The notes: generated by a model from the letters alone, not told the origin. A stretch of 58,465 nucleotides of DNA from Bigelowiella natans CCMP2755 (GCA_000320545.1 ADNK01003413.1:1-58465), one strand, 5' to 3'. Counted from the first letter of the stretch, positions 13,079-25,657 are shown. Numbers and translations: made by a program.

Positions 13079-15394
13079 TCAAGAAGAAGAAGAAGAAGAA
13101 AGATCTCTCTCCCAACGCTTCCGCTTTTTCGAGTTGGTGGCGACGACTTCTGCCCCCAACCCCCGCTTCAATTCCGTGCTCAAGAAGTGCAAATCCCTCA
13201 AGTCTCTGTTGAAAACCTGGATCCGTCGCTCAACACAACAATGCTTGATGAAGATTTTGAGTTCATCATCGCTTGCCAAGTGATAGGGAGTCTCACCATT
13301 TCTGTTTTTGACCTCAACATTTGCCTTCATGTCAACCAGGTACTTCACGATCTCAAAATGACCCCCGATCGAACCCCGAACCAACGCAGTCTCACCTAAT
13401 TATATTGTATTGAAATCGTTATAAATTACGTAACATTTTCTATGACTGCTGTCTCAATGCTAGTATTGGTACCCACCGTTGTTGTCTTTCGCCTCAATGT
13501 TTGCCTTCATGTCAACCAGGTACTTTGCGATCTCAAAACGACCTTCACTCGAACCCCAAACCAACGGAGTCCTACCTAATGTATTGCATTGAAATCGTTA
13601 TAAATCATGTAACATTCTCTACAACTGCTGTCTCAATGCTAGTATTGGTACCCACCCTCTTCGTCTTCTGCCTCAATGTTTGCCTTCATGTCAACCAGGT
13701 ACTTTACGATCTCAAAATGACCCCCGATCGAACCCCAAACCAACGGAGGCCTATCTATTATATTGTATTGAAATCGTTATAAATTATGTAACATTTTCTA
13801 CAACTGCTGTCTCAATGCTAGTATTGGTACCAACCGTATTGGTCTTTCGCCTCAATATTTGCCTTCATGTCAACCAGGTACTTTACGATCTCAAAATGAC
13901 CCCCGATCGAACCCCGAACCAACGCAGTCTCACCTAATTATATTGTATTGAAATCGTTATAAATTACGTAACATTTTCTATGACTGCTGTCTCAATGCTA
14001 GTATTGGTACCCACCGTTGTTGTCTTTCGCCTCAATGTTTGCCTTCATGTCAACCAGGTACTTTGCGATCTCAAAACGACCTTCACTCGAACCCCAAACC
14101 AACGGAGTCCTACCTAATGTATTGCATTGAAATCGTTATAAATCATGTAACATTCTCTACAACTGCTGTCTCAATGCTAGTATTGGTACCCACCGTTGTT
14201 GTCTTTCGCCTCAATGTTTGCCTTCATGTCAACCAGGTACTTCACGATCTCAAAATGACCCCCGATCGAACAACAAGCCAACGCAGTCTCACCTAATTAT
14301 ATTGTATTGAAATCGTTATAAATTACGTAACATTTTCTATGACTGCTGTCTCAATGCTAGTATTGGTACCCACCGTTGTTGTCTTTCGCCTCAATGTTTG
14401 CCTTCATGTCAACCAGGTACTTTGCGATCTCAAAACGACCTTCACTCGAACCCCAAACCAACGGAGTCCTACCTAATGTATTGTATTGAAATCGTTATAA
14501 ATCATGTAACATTCTCTACAACTGCTGTCTCAATGCTAGTATTGGTACCCACCCTCTTCGTCTTCTGCCTCAATGTTTGCCTTCATGTCAACCAGGTACT
14601 TCACGATCTCAAAATGACCCCCGATCGAACCCCGAACCAACGGAGTCCTACCTAATATGTTGCATTGAAATCGTTATAAATTATATAACATTTTCTACAA
14701 CTGCTGTCTCAATGCTAGTATTGGTACCCACCTTTGTCATCTTTCGCCTCAATATTTGCCTTCATGTCAACCAGGTACTTTACGATCTCAAAACGACCCT
14801 CACAGGAACCAGCGATCAACGGAGTTTCACCTTGTAGCAAAATGACCACATCTTTGCACATTGACGATGATTGATGTCGTGTTCCAAACAAATGGCGAAA
14901 TGTCATCTTGGAGTTGTGCATGACTCGTTCTGTCACAACTCACATCAACACCTATGCGAAGCGACTCATTTTTTTTTGTGAAGAAAACATCATGCATTCA
15001 TTGCCAATGCTGGACAAATCACAACCCACATCCATGGAAAAGTCACTTTTTCTCACTGTTTCTGCTGCCATCAGTGTCACCAAGCCCATTGTCAATGCTA
15101 CTTTCCACTGCTACTGCAACAACTACCACTGCAACTACTGCTACTACTACTGCAGCAGCAGCTGCTGCTGCAGCTGCTAACATCAACTAAACGTTGACCA
15201 AACACCAACACTGCATGTGCCATGAATCACCCAACACCCCAACCACTGCTACGACAATGTCAACACCGCAGCTGCTACCCACCGTCACAACCGCACTCCT
15301 CAATGTTTGCGTTTTCCGAAATCAAACGCTTCAGATGGGGAAGGTCGTTGCTGTGTATTGCTTCGAAGGTGTTGCGGAAGGTGCCAGACGACAT
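13079..15394 (-). CDS. Ankyrin-repeat protein encoded as one 99-nt exon per repeat (10 exons, phase-1 introns)
   Basis: Exon 1 at 15283..15394 reads MSSGTFRNTFEAIHSNDLPHLKRLISENANIEECGCD. Eight internal 99-nt exons each encode e.g. GRTPLVWGSSEGRFEIAKYLVDMKANIEAKDNN between AG acceptors and GT(G/T)GGT donors. Terminal exon 13079..13395. Confidence 0.88.
13310..14835. repeat. Tandem array of nine 179/180-bp exon+intron units
   Basis: Anchor TTGCCTTCATGTCAACCAGGTAC recurs at ~13321, 13501, 13680, 13859, 14039, 14218, 14398, 14577 and 14756. Confidence 0.97.
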
Positions 15395-15593
15395 TGTGAT
15401 ACAGCGCTTCTTAGATCTACTTGGTGTGCAAATTGGAGAGCATTTATCTCATAATGACATGCAAATTGGATGGCATTTATTGGGTGCGACATCGTAATTT
15501 TCCCACATAATCTCATAATGACATGTCATTGCAAATCTTTTTATCCGTTGCCGAAGAGACGAAGAGAACCTGTTCGTACCTGGACACGAGCGT

Positions 15594-17308
15594 ATGTCCT
15601 CCAGACGCTCAACCCGAGTCAGGAAACTTCCTCTTAGGTATGGATCAGAAGAGAAGGGGAATGCCGGTAGGGTCCCGGAGAAGACAAAGACAAGGAGGAA
15701 AGCATTGGCAAAGACGAGGAAGAAGCCATTGGCAACAACCCTCGACAAAGCTCTCAGTTCAAGAAATCTAAGGTTCAATGATCAATGGACTCACACGCCA
15801 CTTTTCACTCTCTAAAAATATAGTGAAGCAATTTAAAACATAACCTACCGAAACATCGACTGGATGCAAATGTCAGGTACCTAGATTGCCAGGAGCGGCA
15901 TCAGGCTCAAGAAACCTTATCATCGTACACCTCATCTCAGCTTCGCTCTATAGTTATAGCTCTGCAAGGGAAAGAGATCTGCTACGGAAACAAGATGTAT
16001 GCAATATCGTCTCTCACAAAGAAAGGCATCGTCGACTACATTATGAGTACAACGTGGGAGCCGGCACATTTTTTGCGCTCGGCCCTGGGACAAGACAAGC
16101 CTGGAATCACATTTGCAAAAGGCGAAGTAACATCAGCGCTCAGATTCGAGAGGAAATTTTGGACAGCGAGCGGTGGTCGCAAGAGAAAGATTCCATGGTG
16201 GCCAAAGGACGGTTCCAGGGAAATGGAAACTTTGATGGAGGTAACGATGATGAGCTCCTTTTACTCAAAATTAGTGAATATGGGGTAATGTTCGCTCAGG
16301 CCTTCGAGTCCGTTGTCCATTTTGTTCAACCAGAGGGAGGCACAGGAATCCATCTTGGCAATGGAAAAATTCTCACGTGCGCACATGTGGTATCAGTGGA
16401 CAAGGACGACGAAGGACAGGATCCTTTAAACGGTTCTCAGAGGATTGGCAGGAAAAAGTACATGATATTTTCACGAAGATCCTGATCTTATTTCAGATAA
16501 ACCTGTGTTGCTTCATGGAAAGGTTGGTCATGTTTCCTAGTGGGAAGATACTGGCTGCTGAATGCGTATTTGCGATGGAGACCGAGGATGGGCAATTCGA
16601 TTGTGCAACGCTTGAGCTACAAAATCCAGCCAAGGTAGGCCAGCTGTTTCACGCACATCATGCCTATTTTTAAATGCTGTGTGTATTTAAGGAGATATAT
16701 CCGAGTACATCGGAATTAGAAAATAAGGAAACGTATAAAGACCTCTCAGCAAAGCATAGATGTTTCTGCGTCGGGAATCCTTCAAATATTGACTTGGAGT
16801 CAGCTGAGTCTGGAAACAACGACTTTGAACCTCGGGTGACCGAATGTTATTCGCGACAATTGGACCATGCGGTGACAGGCTTTAGGGATAACATTTCTCC
16901 TTCTTGCAGGTGTGGCATTTGAGCAATGGAATGACCCACGGAAACAGTCAAAATGCCGACCTGAAGGGGTGTGTCCATTCCTGTTGGACGTATTGGGGTG
17001 AAGAGCACATCCACATGTAACAAAGGCAACTTCAGTTAATTTTACATCGTATTCCCATACTTCACAGGTCACTCGGGAGCACCAATTTTCTCGGACAGCG
17101 GTAAAATCATTGGCTTACACAGTTCCTGGGACCCAGACACAGGTGCTGCAAACAAACTTTTATTGTGTGTACTATCTCTCCAATGTGCACCGTCAAACTG
17201 CACCGCTGACTCCCTATCACGTGAAAACCCATATTTTTAGGGGCACGCTTGTGTGTAGAGCTAGAGTGTATACGAGAATTCCTTAATTCTCAGCCTAAAA
17301 GCTCGTAA
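15594..17308 (+). CDS. Trypsin-like (PA clan) serine protease with a basic N-terminal extension, multi-exon
   Basis: Catalytic triad motifs lie in successive exons: GTGIHLGNGKILTCAHVV (His), GQFDCATLEL (Asp), GHSGAPIFSDSGKIIGLHSSWD (Ser, ~17068-17140). Last exon ends QPKSS* at 17308. Confidence 0.8.
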
Positions 17309-19149
17309 ACTACGCTATGCGTTCTCCATTTCATCGCTGCCTGCCTTATCGAGAAAGGCACAGAGCGCTGCCTTTCTCCCTTTTAGCTGACTTAAGCAGC
17401 ATTATTCAAGCAAGATGAGTAGGTGCATCAAATTAAACCTGTTGAAATGCATAACACATGCAAGGCCATTATCATTTGCGAGTCGATCGCAAGGCTACTT
17501 GCCAAGATCAGTATGTAGTTGGGCGGGAAAAAATGAAAGTCGAGATAGATGTCGCGATGAATTGTTGATGAATCCACATGTGCGCTTGGCTGCAAAAGCA
17601 AGCGTCCAAGTCTGCATCGCACAGGGAGCCCTATCAATGGCACTCGAAATGTCATCAGTTCGAACAACGAGCCTGATGTAGAAAGTCATGAGATGGGGGG
17701 CTAGCCAGTCTGCAGTGCGTGCGTCATCTCAATGTTGCGATGACGTTGTGAGCATTGCGGGCCTGCAATGAAAGTTCACATGCATTGTGTCAACATGCAA
17801 GCAACACAACTCCAATCACAATGCAGCCGCATGGCGGCTTCTGAGACAATTCCTGACTTTTTTTTGTTCTTTTCCCAAAATTTGTCCATGTGTCATCATC
17901 CACATGCTGATCTTGGCAACGCACTAGCCGCGAGTCTGATGCGATTTCCAAGAGGTCATGTGTGTTGCGTCGTTCAGTCGTTCAGTGTTGCCTTGTTGTC
18001 CATCACTGGATCATGCTAGCATGGTCACATCTGCTAGGACATCATTGAAACTTGAAATTGAAATCTGTGCACACATGCTTCGGAGTGTGCAGCGAGCTTG
18101 GTGAGCAGCATGCCAGCATGACTAGATGAGCACGTGTGGTCCCGTCCTCCTTGCTGCATGTGATGACTGGCTGCAGTACGTACGATCGACAAAAACTAAC
18201 AATGAATGTGCGACGAAGGATCATTGCCACTTGCTAGCTTGCTAGCTTGGCGCGCAGCGGTCACGCATCGCATTGCTCTAGCTGCGGCTGCTCACTTGCT
18301 AGCTTGTTACAAGTTGTTGCGACTTTTGTGGATGAAGTTTCATCTGAAGAGACAAAACGTGCATTTGAAGGCTGTAGCCGTTTTTTTGCAAAGCTACTAC
18401 ATTAGCTAGTTAGGATGACAATTGAAAAAATTAAACACACTCATTGCATCCGTCTCACAAAACTTGAGAAAATGACGTGCATGCATCTACATGACGCATT
18501 TTCCGCGTCGAATGAGTGCATGTGTTAGTTTATGTTGCTGTCGCTTAAAAAATCAAGAGATTGAACAATCAATTACCCGCTACGCTTTAAACAGCATGCT
18601 GCTTAGCGTGCGGATTGTGATGCAACATCTGCACAAGATTGATCCTGGCTGCTGCAGATTGCTCCCTCCATTGCACTTGTGCTGACGAAAATCTGCGATT
18701 CAAGCCACACGCAAAGAAAGCGTAGCTAACTGTGCTGACAAGGTGTTGAGTTGGGCTTCGTTCAGCTGTAAAGAAAGCTATTTGTGTAGAAAATAACCTA
18801 CACTTGCTTTTGTTGCATATGTCCTCTATGCAATGTGAATTTACTATGTTTTGAACTTGTAAGGTATATAGCATAACCGATGCACTTGAAGTAGCACGGT
18901 TGCAATGATATCCTCATTGCTGTTGCTACTTAATATTTGTATCATGAAATTTTTTTACTCGTTATTCCTAATAAATTATCTCTAATTCTGTCTTACGCTT
19001 AATTTTTATCCCTGAAACTACTTATTCGTGTGCCCATAGGCCGCTTTAAAAGTATTATGGACATATTAAATCTTTACAATATAATTACAGTCTAACAACA
19101 AATTAATATTAACATTTTTTTAAAACACAAACGCCAACAACGGCAGCTG

Positions 19150-20423
19150 TCATCTAGGTGCCACAGTGCCCATTCCATCATCAGATGGTAGGTTCTTCTT
19201 CACGATTTGAACCAACTCGTTGTATCGCACCTGCCACAATTAATATCGTTTTAGCGTGAAGACGCAGGGTAAAAGAAAGCTGTTCTATAATGCAGTTACC
19301 ATATTTTGGTGCAAGCTGGGAAACTCATGTCGCGTGCTCTCTAGAGTAGGGGCCTTGCCATAAAGCTTTCGATAGTGTCGTATCCTAAGAACACAGAAGG
19401 CCGTCAGGACAGCTATAAAATGCTGCAAAATTCTTCCTCGAATAGTACCAAGGATCCATTTGAGCCCGGAGACCACGCATTTCTTCAAGTGCTTGCTGGC
19501 CCAGACGTGAATCCCGTTCCTGCGCATTATGACTTTGGAATCAGCAAGGCTTGTTTCTCTGTTTTTAAAGTGTAGTTTATACCCGCGGAGGAAGTTCGAT
19601 ATCACCGCGTTTCTTCATGAGTTTTTTTTTCCTCTGGGTCGCAATCACCGACTTGCGAATCCGCTCCTTGACCTCTGGTGAGTGCATCTGGCCTTGTCTT
19701 TTCTGCAACAAGCATGGGAGATGAGACTCCGCAATTTCCCCCTTGATTAATGCACAAATTTTGTACCTCTGACATCTTCGCGCGTGTAGTGTTGTCCAAT
19801 CGCTTCCCGGTGTGAGCAATTGACATTCGCTCGATTGTTTCTTGCGAGTGAGCCCGCCCCAGCTTTGACTGAGCCATCTTCTTCCGAGTGTCCTGTTCAG
19901 AAAATCACGTTTATGACATTCAAATTTACGAAAATTGTGAACAGTATGTTTGAAGTCACCACCTTATCCCATTTTTTCCCCCTTCTCGCTTCTGCTATTC
20001 TCTTTCGAGTTTCGTCGCTCAGCTTCATTCCAGGAGGCCTACATACGATTTCGTAAGATCGATCTAATATCAGAGGAACTGAGGAGGTGACCTTCCCCGC
20101 TTTCTTTTGGGAGGCGTCTCGTCATGTTCTGGCGAAGAGGCCACTTCTACAGTAGTGGCTGGCCACCTAGATTTTCTGAAGTGTACGTCGATGGAGCTCC
20201 AGCGAGCAAGCTGAACTGGGCTTGTTAATCCTACAGTGGTGCCTATCGCATAACCGAACGGGAATTTCCTTATGCTGTGTTGATGCCCAGCGAAACTATC
20301 TCGCTGACTGAACACTGTAGGGCTTGCCAGCGTTGATCTTGTCCTCAGAGCCGCTTGGGGTATTGCAGCAAGGGTTTGCGAGCGCCATGAAAGGATCCAG
20401 AGAGCTGCAAATAGAAACCACAT
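19150..20423 (-). CDS. NUMOD3-repeat nucleic-acid-binding protein with a predicted bipartite (signal + transit) leader, probably plastid-targeted
   Basis: Leader MWFLFAALWILSWRSQTLAAIPQAALRTRS. Repeats GMKLSDETRKRIAEARRGKK, GRAHSQETIERMSIAHTGKR, LDNTTRAKMSE and GQMHSPEVKERIRKS span short introns. 3' exon structure approximate. Confidence 0.7.
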
Positions 20424-20917
20424 CGTCCCACCAAATGACGATGGGGGTGTCAATTTGCCCTTCGCGCCCCAACTAAACCACCAGTTCTTCGAAAGGAAAA
20501 GGGCTAATCCACAAAGAAGGGGGGGCGTCGTTCTTCTCGTGTTTGGTTCGGAATGGACGTTGGGGGTTGGGGCTATTTTGATATCGCGACAACATTTTGT
20601 ACATGTCTCGAACGAGACAACACCAGCTCAAACTCCCAGTGAGATTCGGAGATGTCGCGGAGATCCTCTCCACAGACTCTCGAGATCAAGGAGACATTTG
20701 GTGGACAGTTTTCATTGCCGTTCTTTTGTGGTGTAGAACAGTAACTATGCGAGAAATATCTGTCATCAACACGTATCAGAGGGATCCAAGCTGAGATTGA
20801 GACCCCGCTCTCCTCTGTGCTTTCGCTCTATATCTACGATATATATTCGATAAATTTGCGACCATTCTATTGTAAACGAAGCGCGTCTCCCTTCCGGTGC
20901 GAGGCAGGCAGGCAGCG

Positions 20918-21166
20918 ATGTTCCGAAGCCTCCGCCTGCCCCTCCTGTTGATATCGCTCGTTGCAGTCGCCCTCCTTGCAAACGCGCAGGATTACACTTG
21001 CTGGTGTCGGAGGAGTGCCCTGCCGGCGAATGATTGGAGCGCGGGGGAGTCGCGGCGATGCTTCTACGCAAATTCTCCATCCGAAACATGCGAGAACGCA
21101 GTCGATCTCGCCAAAGTCAGCCAGGTATCCAACTTGCTCATTTGCAGAACGATTAGGGGGGGGGTG

Positions 21167-21212
<46 letters not shown>

Positions 21213-23952
21213 TAGGAGATGGAGGTTGTCGGTTTGGTTCGCAGCAGCTTTCCTAGCGTGAAGAATCCATCATGACGTCACATGGAACCCCTGATAACAT
21301 TTGCCGATCGAATTCTCAGCCGGACGAAGATGGATGGAACTTTTTGCATCATGCCGCCGCGGCAGGCAATATCAAAGCTTTCCAGATGCTCGTTGACCAT
21401 ACGAAGGAGATACATTCGTCGATGTTCGAGCCCCGCCTCTCTGGAATGGCACCGAAGCTTCCGAAGGGAACCAAGACGCTCGAAGGTGGTGTCTAGTTTC
21501 AGTTTCACATTTCTCCTCCGCAGTCGTTATCGCCAAACGCTACATGCTCCTCATTATCATCTGCTTACTGCTCTCCCAAACCTTGGAAAGGTGTGAAAAA
21601 CGTGTGGGGATGGCAGCCCATACACGTTGCAGCGGCATTCAATCAGGTAGGCAGCATCCGTGGCGCTGCTACGCAACTGTGAGCGCCAATGTATGCACCG
21701 TTCGGTTCGTGCCTGTTATTCGGAGCAACGATCATGTTTCGATCTTCAAACGATAATTTCTCCATGTTCTGCTGTATCAGGGCGCGTTGATTCGGCACAT
21801 CCTTTCGCTTCCGTACCCTATCAATGCGATGCTGCTACGGTACCGGCTCGAAGCAGAAGACAGGTAAACTTACGTCGAATATGCAAAAGGAGCCGCGACG
21901 AGGAGGACGAGGAAGACGATAGGCAGGGGAGGGGAGGGGGGAGGGTTGAGTAGGGCTGGGTTTCCGCGATTTAAATACTCGAAAATCTGCACGCAACACC
22001 TCATATATCAACAGTCATATACTTGAAAAACTATTATGTTCAGATACAATCGCACGGCGTTCGTAGTGGCCGTGGACGAGGGCGCTACCAGCGCCGCGAC
22101 AGCTCTCACGGAACCTCCTTTCTCGGCTCCGGACGTCGAGGCCATGGTAAAGTTCGCCCCCCCCGCCCCATCCACCCGCTTACCCATCACTGTGAAGTGC
22201 TATTGTTTGCCTGTATCTACTGCAATAAAACTATTTATGAAAATCTGAATCGCAGTAAGCCATATAATTGAGCTAGGGACATTTTAACTCTGTTGTTCTC
22301 TCTCTCTCATTCTCTCTCCCCCCGCCCCGCCCCCTCTCTCTCCTCTCTCTTTCTCTCTCTTTCTTCATCTTCATGCCATGCTGCCTACCAGGTGATGTTC
22401 CGATTCAATCTGTTCGCACGGGCACAGCTTGCTGGCAAGGAGATGGAGGTCTAGATGTGTGCGAGGAAGTGTGGAAGGGGGGGGGGGGGTTGAGGAAGAG
22501 GGAAGTAACGCTACAGCCAGCATCGGCTCTGCATCCTGCAGCATTCATTTCAAGCATATATACGTTGCACGCCTGCTGTTTTCCTCTCTTCGTCGCATAC
22601 TTACTTTTACGCTGCGTGGTTCTTTTTTAAAAATAGAAATAGTGATCGATATGCATATCTGAAAAAATTTGTGTGTGTGTGTGTGTGTGTTTGTTTCATT
22701 TATTGTCATTATTCTCATTCTTTTGTGGAATGATATCCCACCTTCAGGAGTGGTACGGAGGATTCGTGACCAAGCGCAAGAAAGACGTAATGCAAATAAC
22801 AACATTATATGTTTATACGCGCGCGCGCGCGCACGTGTGTGTGTGTGTGTGTAAGGATAGCTATACACACACCGTGGAACTCCTCTCCAGCTAATTCTAA
22901 GCTGCATCATTGATTTAACACAACCTAGGCCGCAACATGGATTACGAGCTTCTACTCCCCATGGCCGCTGCCGAAGGTTTGTTTGGTTCTTGCTGCTTTT
23001 ATTGCTCTTGGAACAGAGCACATCCGACAGAGAGCGATGAGCGCATATGAGAGAGAGCGAGGGGGGGAGGGAGGGGGGGGAGGGGTCTAGTTCGAATCGG
23101 GTGTGTCTCATTAATTTCGATTGGAAGTTAAAAGGAGGTTTGTTGGGATTTTCTCTTTCTCTTTCTCACATTCTTAGATATTGAAAACGAAGGAAGGGAG
23201 GGATCGATTCAACGCCACTCGCATCTCGGTTGACTACACGCCGCAACCTCAGCGAGCTATAAGCACACGTGCGCGCGCGCGCGCGCACGTAAACACACAC
23301 ACACACACACAATATGAGAGAGAGAGAGAGGGGGGGGGGGGGGGGGGCACAAACACACACGCACCCTTCAACTTTGGAAATAATATTCAAAAATGCACAT
23401 GCAAAACAGGCCTGGCCGCCCGTTTATCAGCTCCCAGGCTTCGCGCCAAAACGTCAGTATATTGTGCTAGCCGGCGTCTCTATGGGCTGCGGCGGCTGCT
23501 GCTGCTGCTGCGATCTTCCCCCGATGAAGATTTCAGTAGCGGAAAAATGACAATGTTAAACATGTATTTCTTCCTTTCGTTGCCTCCTCTCCTGCTCCTT
23601 CTTCTTCTTATTCTTCTTATTATTTCAGACTTTTGCGACAACATCATCCGGGACTCAAAGCCGCTGACCAGCCGGTAGCAGCATGATACATCTCGTGTCT
23701 AGGGAAGAGGAACTACGTTAGAAATGACGCCTAATGCTACTGCTGTGCTGATGATGATGATGACAATGATAATAATGATGATGATGATGGTGATGGATGG
23801 CGGGTGCCGCTCAATATTTACGCTGATAATTGTCGCCACTTCAGGAAAAACACGTTTGGTCCTCAGAATATGTTCGCGGTGATTACACACGACGATATAA
23901 AATCGGGAACCATTGCCTCTCCACGCAAACCCCTCTTCACCTCCCTTCCTCG

Positions 23953-24008
<56 letters not shown>

Positions 24009-25051
24009 ATTTGCGTGCGTGTGCGTGTGCGTGTGCGCGCGCGAGCGCGAGCACGTTTTACTGGCTTTCGAGCATCCACAATCACACTTTTTTTATTGTT
24101 CATTCTACTACCACGATCACCACCACCACCACCACCACCACCGCCGCCGCCGCCGCCGCTGCTGCTACGCCCACTGATGCTGGTGTGGCTCTGCACTACC
24201 CAATTTTAAAAAAAAGGGGATTCCACGACACGAGATCGGCTACTATCTTAAGTCTTTTGACAAAAACCACGACGGTAGAGGCCTTCTACTACCACCACCA
24301 CCACCACTACTACACCTACAACTAACTACAAACACGATTCATCCTTCTGCCAAGAAGAAGAAGCACGTCGGAGAAGTTGTTCCCTCGGTGTTACGGAGTA
24401 GGGACCTCCCTCCGCCCTCCCCCCTTTGTTACTCGTTAGTTGGCACCAGCAATATTTTGCCTGGGTTGGTGTGCTATGCTATAAATACGGGTTCTTTTTC
24501 CTCTTCCCATTCGTCGATGAGGTCTCTTCTCACTCCTCCTCCTCCTCCTCCTTGATTCTCTTCTTCCTACCCTACGGCTGTTGTTGTTTCTATAATCTCC
24601 CGCCAGGCCGTCTTAGCCCTCGCGAGAGAGATATGTTCATACGCGAGATTATGAATCGAGAAACGGTGTGATGCCGTCCCCATCGTCGTCGTCGTCGTCG
24701 TTTTCATTATCTTTGTACTGCAACTCAGGGATTCGGATGTGTGACCATCTTCCCCCCCTCTCCTTCCTTTGCCGCTTGTTGATGCACGATTATCTAGGGT
24801 GGAGTGAAGGAGCTCCTTGGGTTTCGCATGCCGACGAAGCGGCTGGCAATTGAGCTTGGCTTTGACAAGAACGAGGACGGTTTGCGAGATGACGATGATG
24901 TGGAAGAAGAAGAATATGATGATGAGGAGGAGGAGGAGGAGGAGGACGACGACGACGACGATACGAATAATGCGATTCCGACCCCACATCAGCATCCTAC
25001 CTAACTCCTGATCTCCCCCCCTTCCCGTCCTGAAAGTGAATAATTATAATC

Positions 25052-25083
<32 letters not shown>

Positions 25084-25262
25084 CATGTGCCAGGCTGGAT
25101 CGACTACGAGGGAGGCGAGGAGTTCACGGAAGACATGCACGAGCGTTTCAATAAGGCCATATTAGAAGAGAGCATGTAAGTAAACGAAGAAGAAGAAGAA
25201 GGAAAAAACGGCGGAAGTGGCGAAGACTCTCGTTCCCGCTCTTTTAGCTGTAGAAGGAAGAG

Positions 25263-25303
<41 letters not shown>

Positions 25304-25619
25304 AGTGGGGCCTGATGATTCCGTTAAAACGCGAACATGAACATGCACATGCACTGCCACGCTTCATCACGTGTGTACACGGAGAGCTTGCCAGTCAATT
25401 GTCTAGGGTTTCTCCTCTCTCTTTATTCCATCTCCGCCTCTTTCACCCAGGGGGCCAGCGCATTAAGAAAGTCTTTTGTTCGCTGTTTTGTGTGCGTGCT
25501 TGCTCATGCTTCCCCCCCCCCCCTAGCCTCCTTGAGAACCGCGTCATTCGGACTCAGCAGAGCGCTCGGCTGTCGACGAGCGTCACGTTCAACTTCTCCC
25601 AGTACACGATGGAGAAGGT

Positions 25620-25657
<38 letters not shown>

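Noticed and set aside
11745-13283. CpG-methylation decay or fungal RIP as the cause of TG/CA richness
   Set aside because: CpG is still frequent, and TpA is lost rather than gained, which is the opposite of RIP.
13310-14835. 179/180-bp array as a CRISPR array or centromeric satellite
   Set aside because: There are no unique spacers or cas genes. Each unit is a 99-nt ankyrin exon plus a GT-AG intron, in frame with flanking unique exons.
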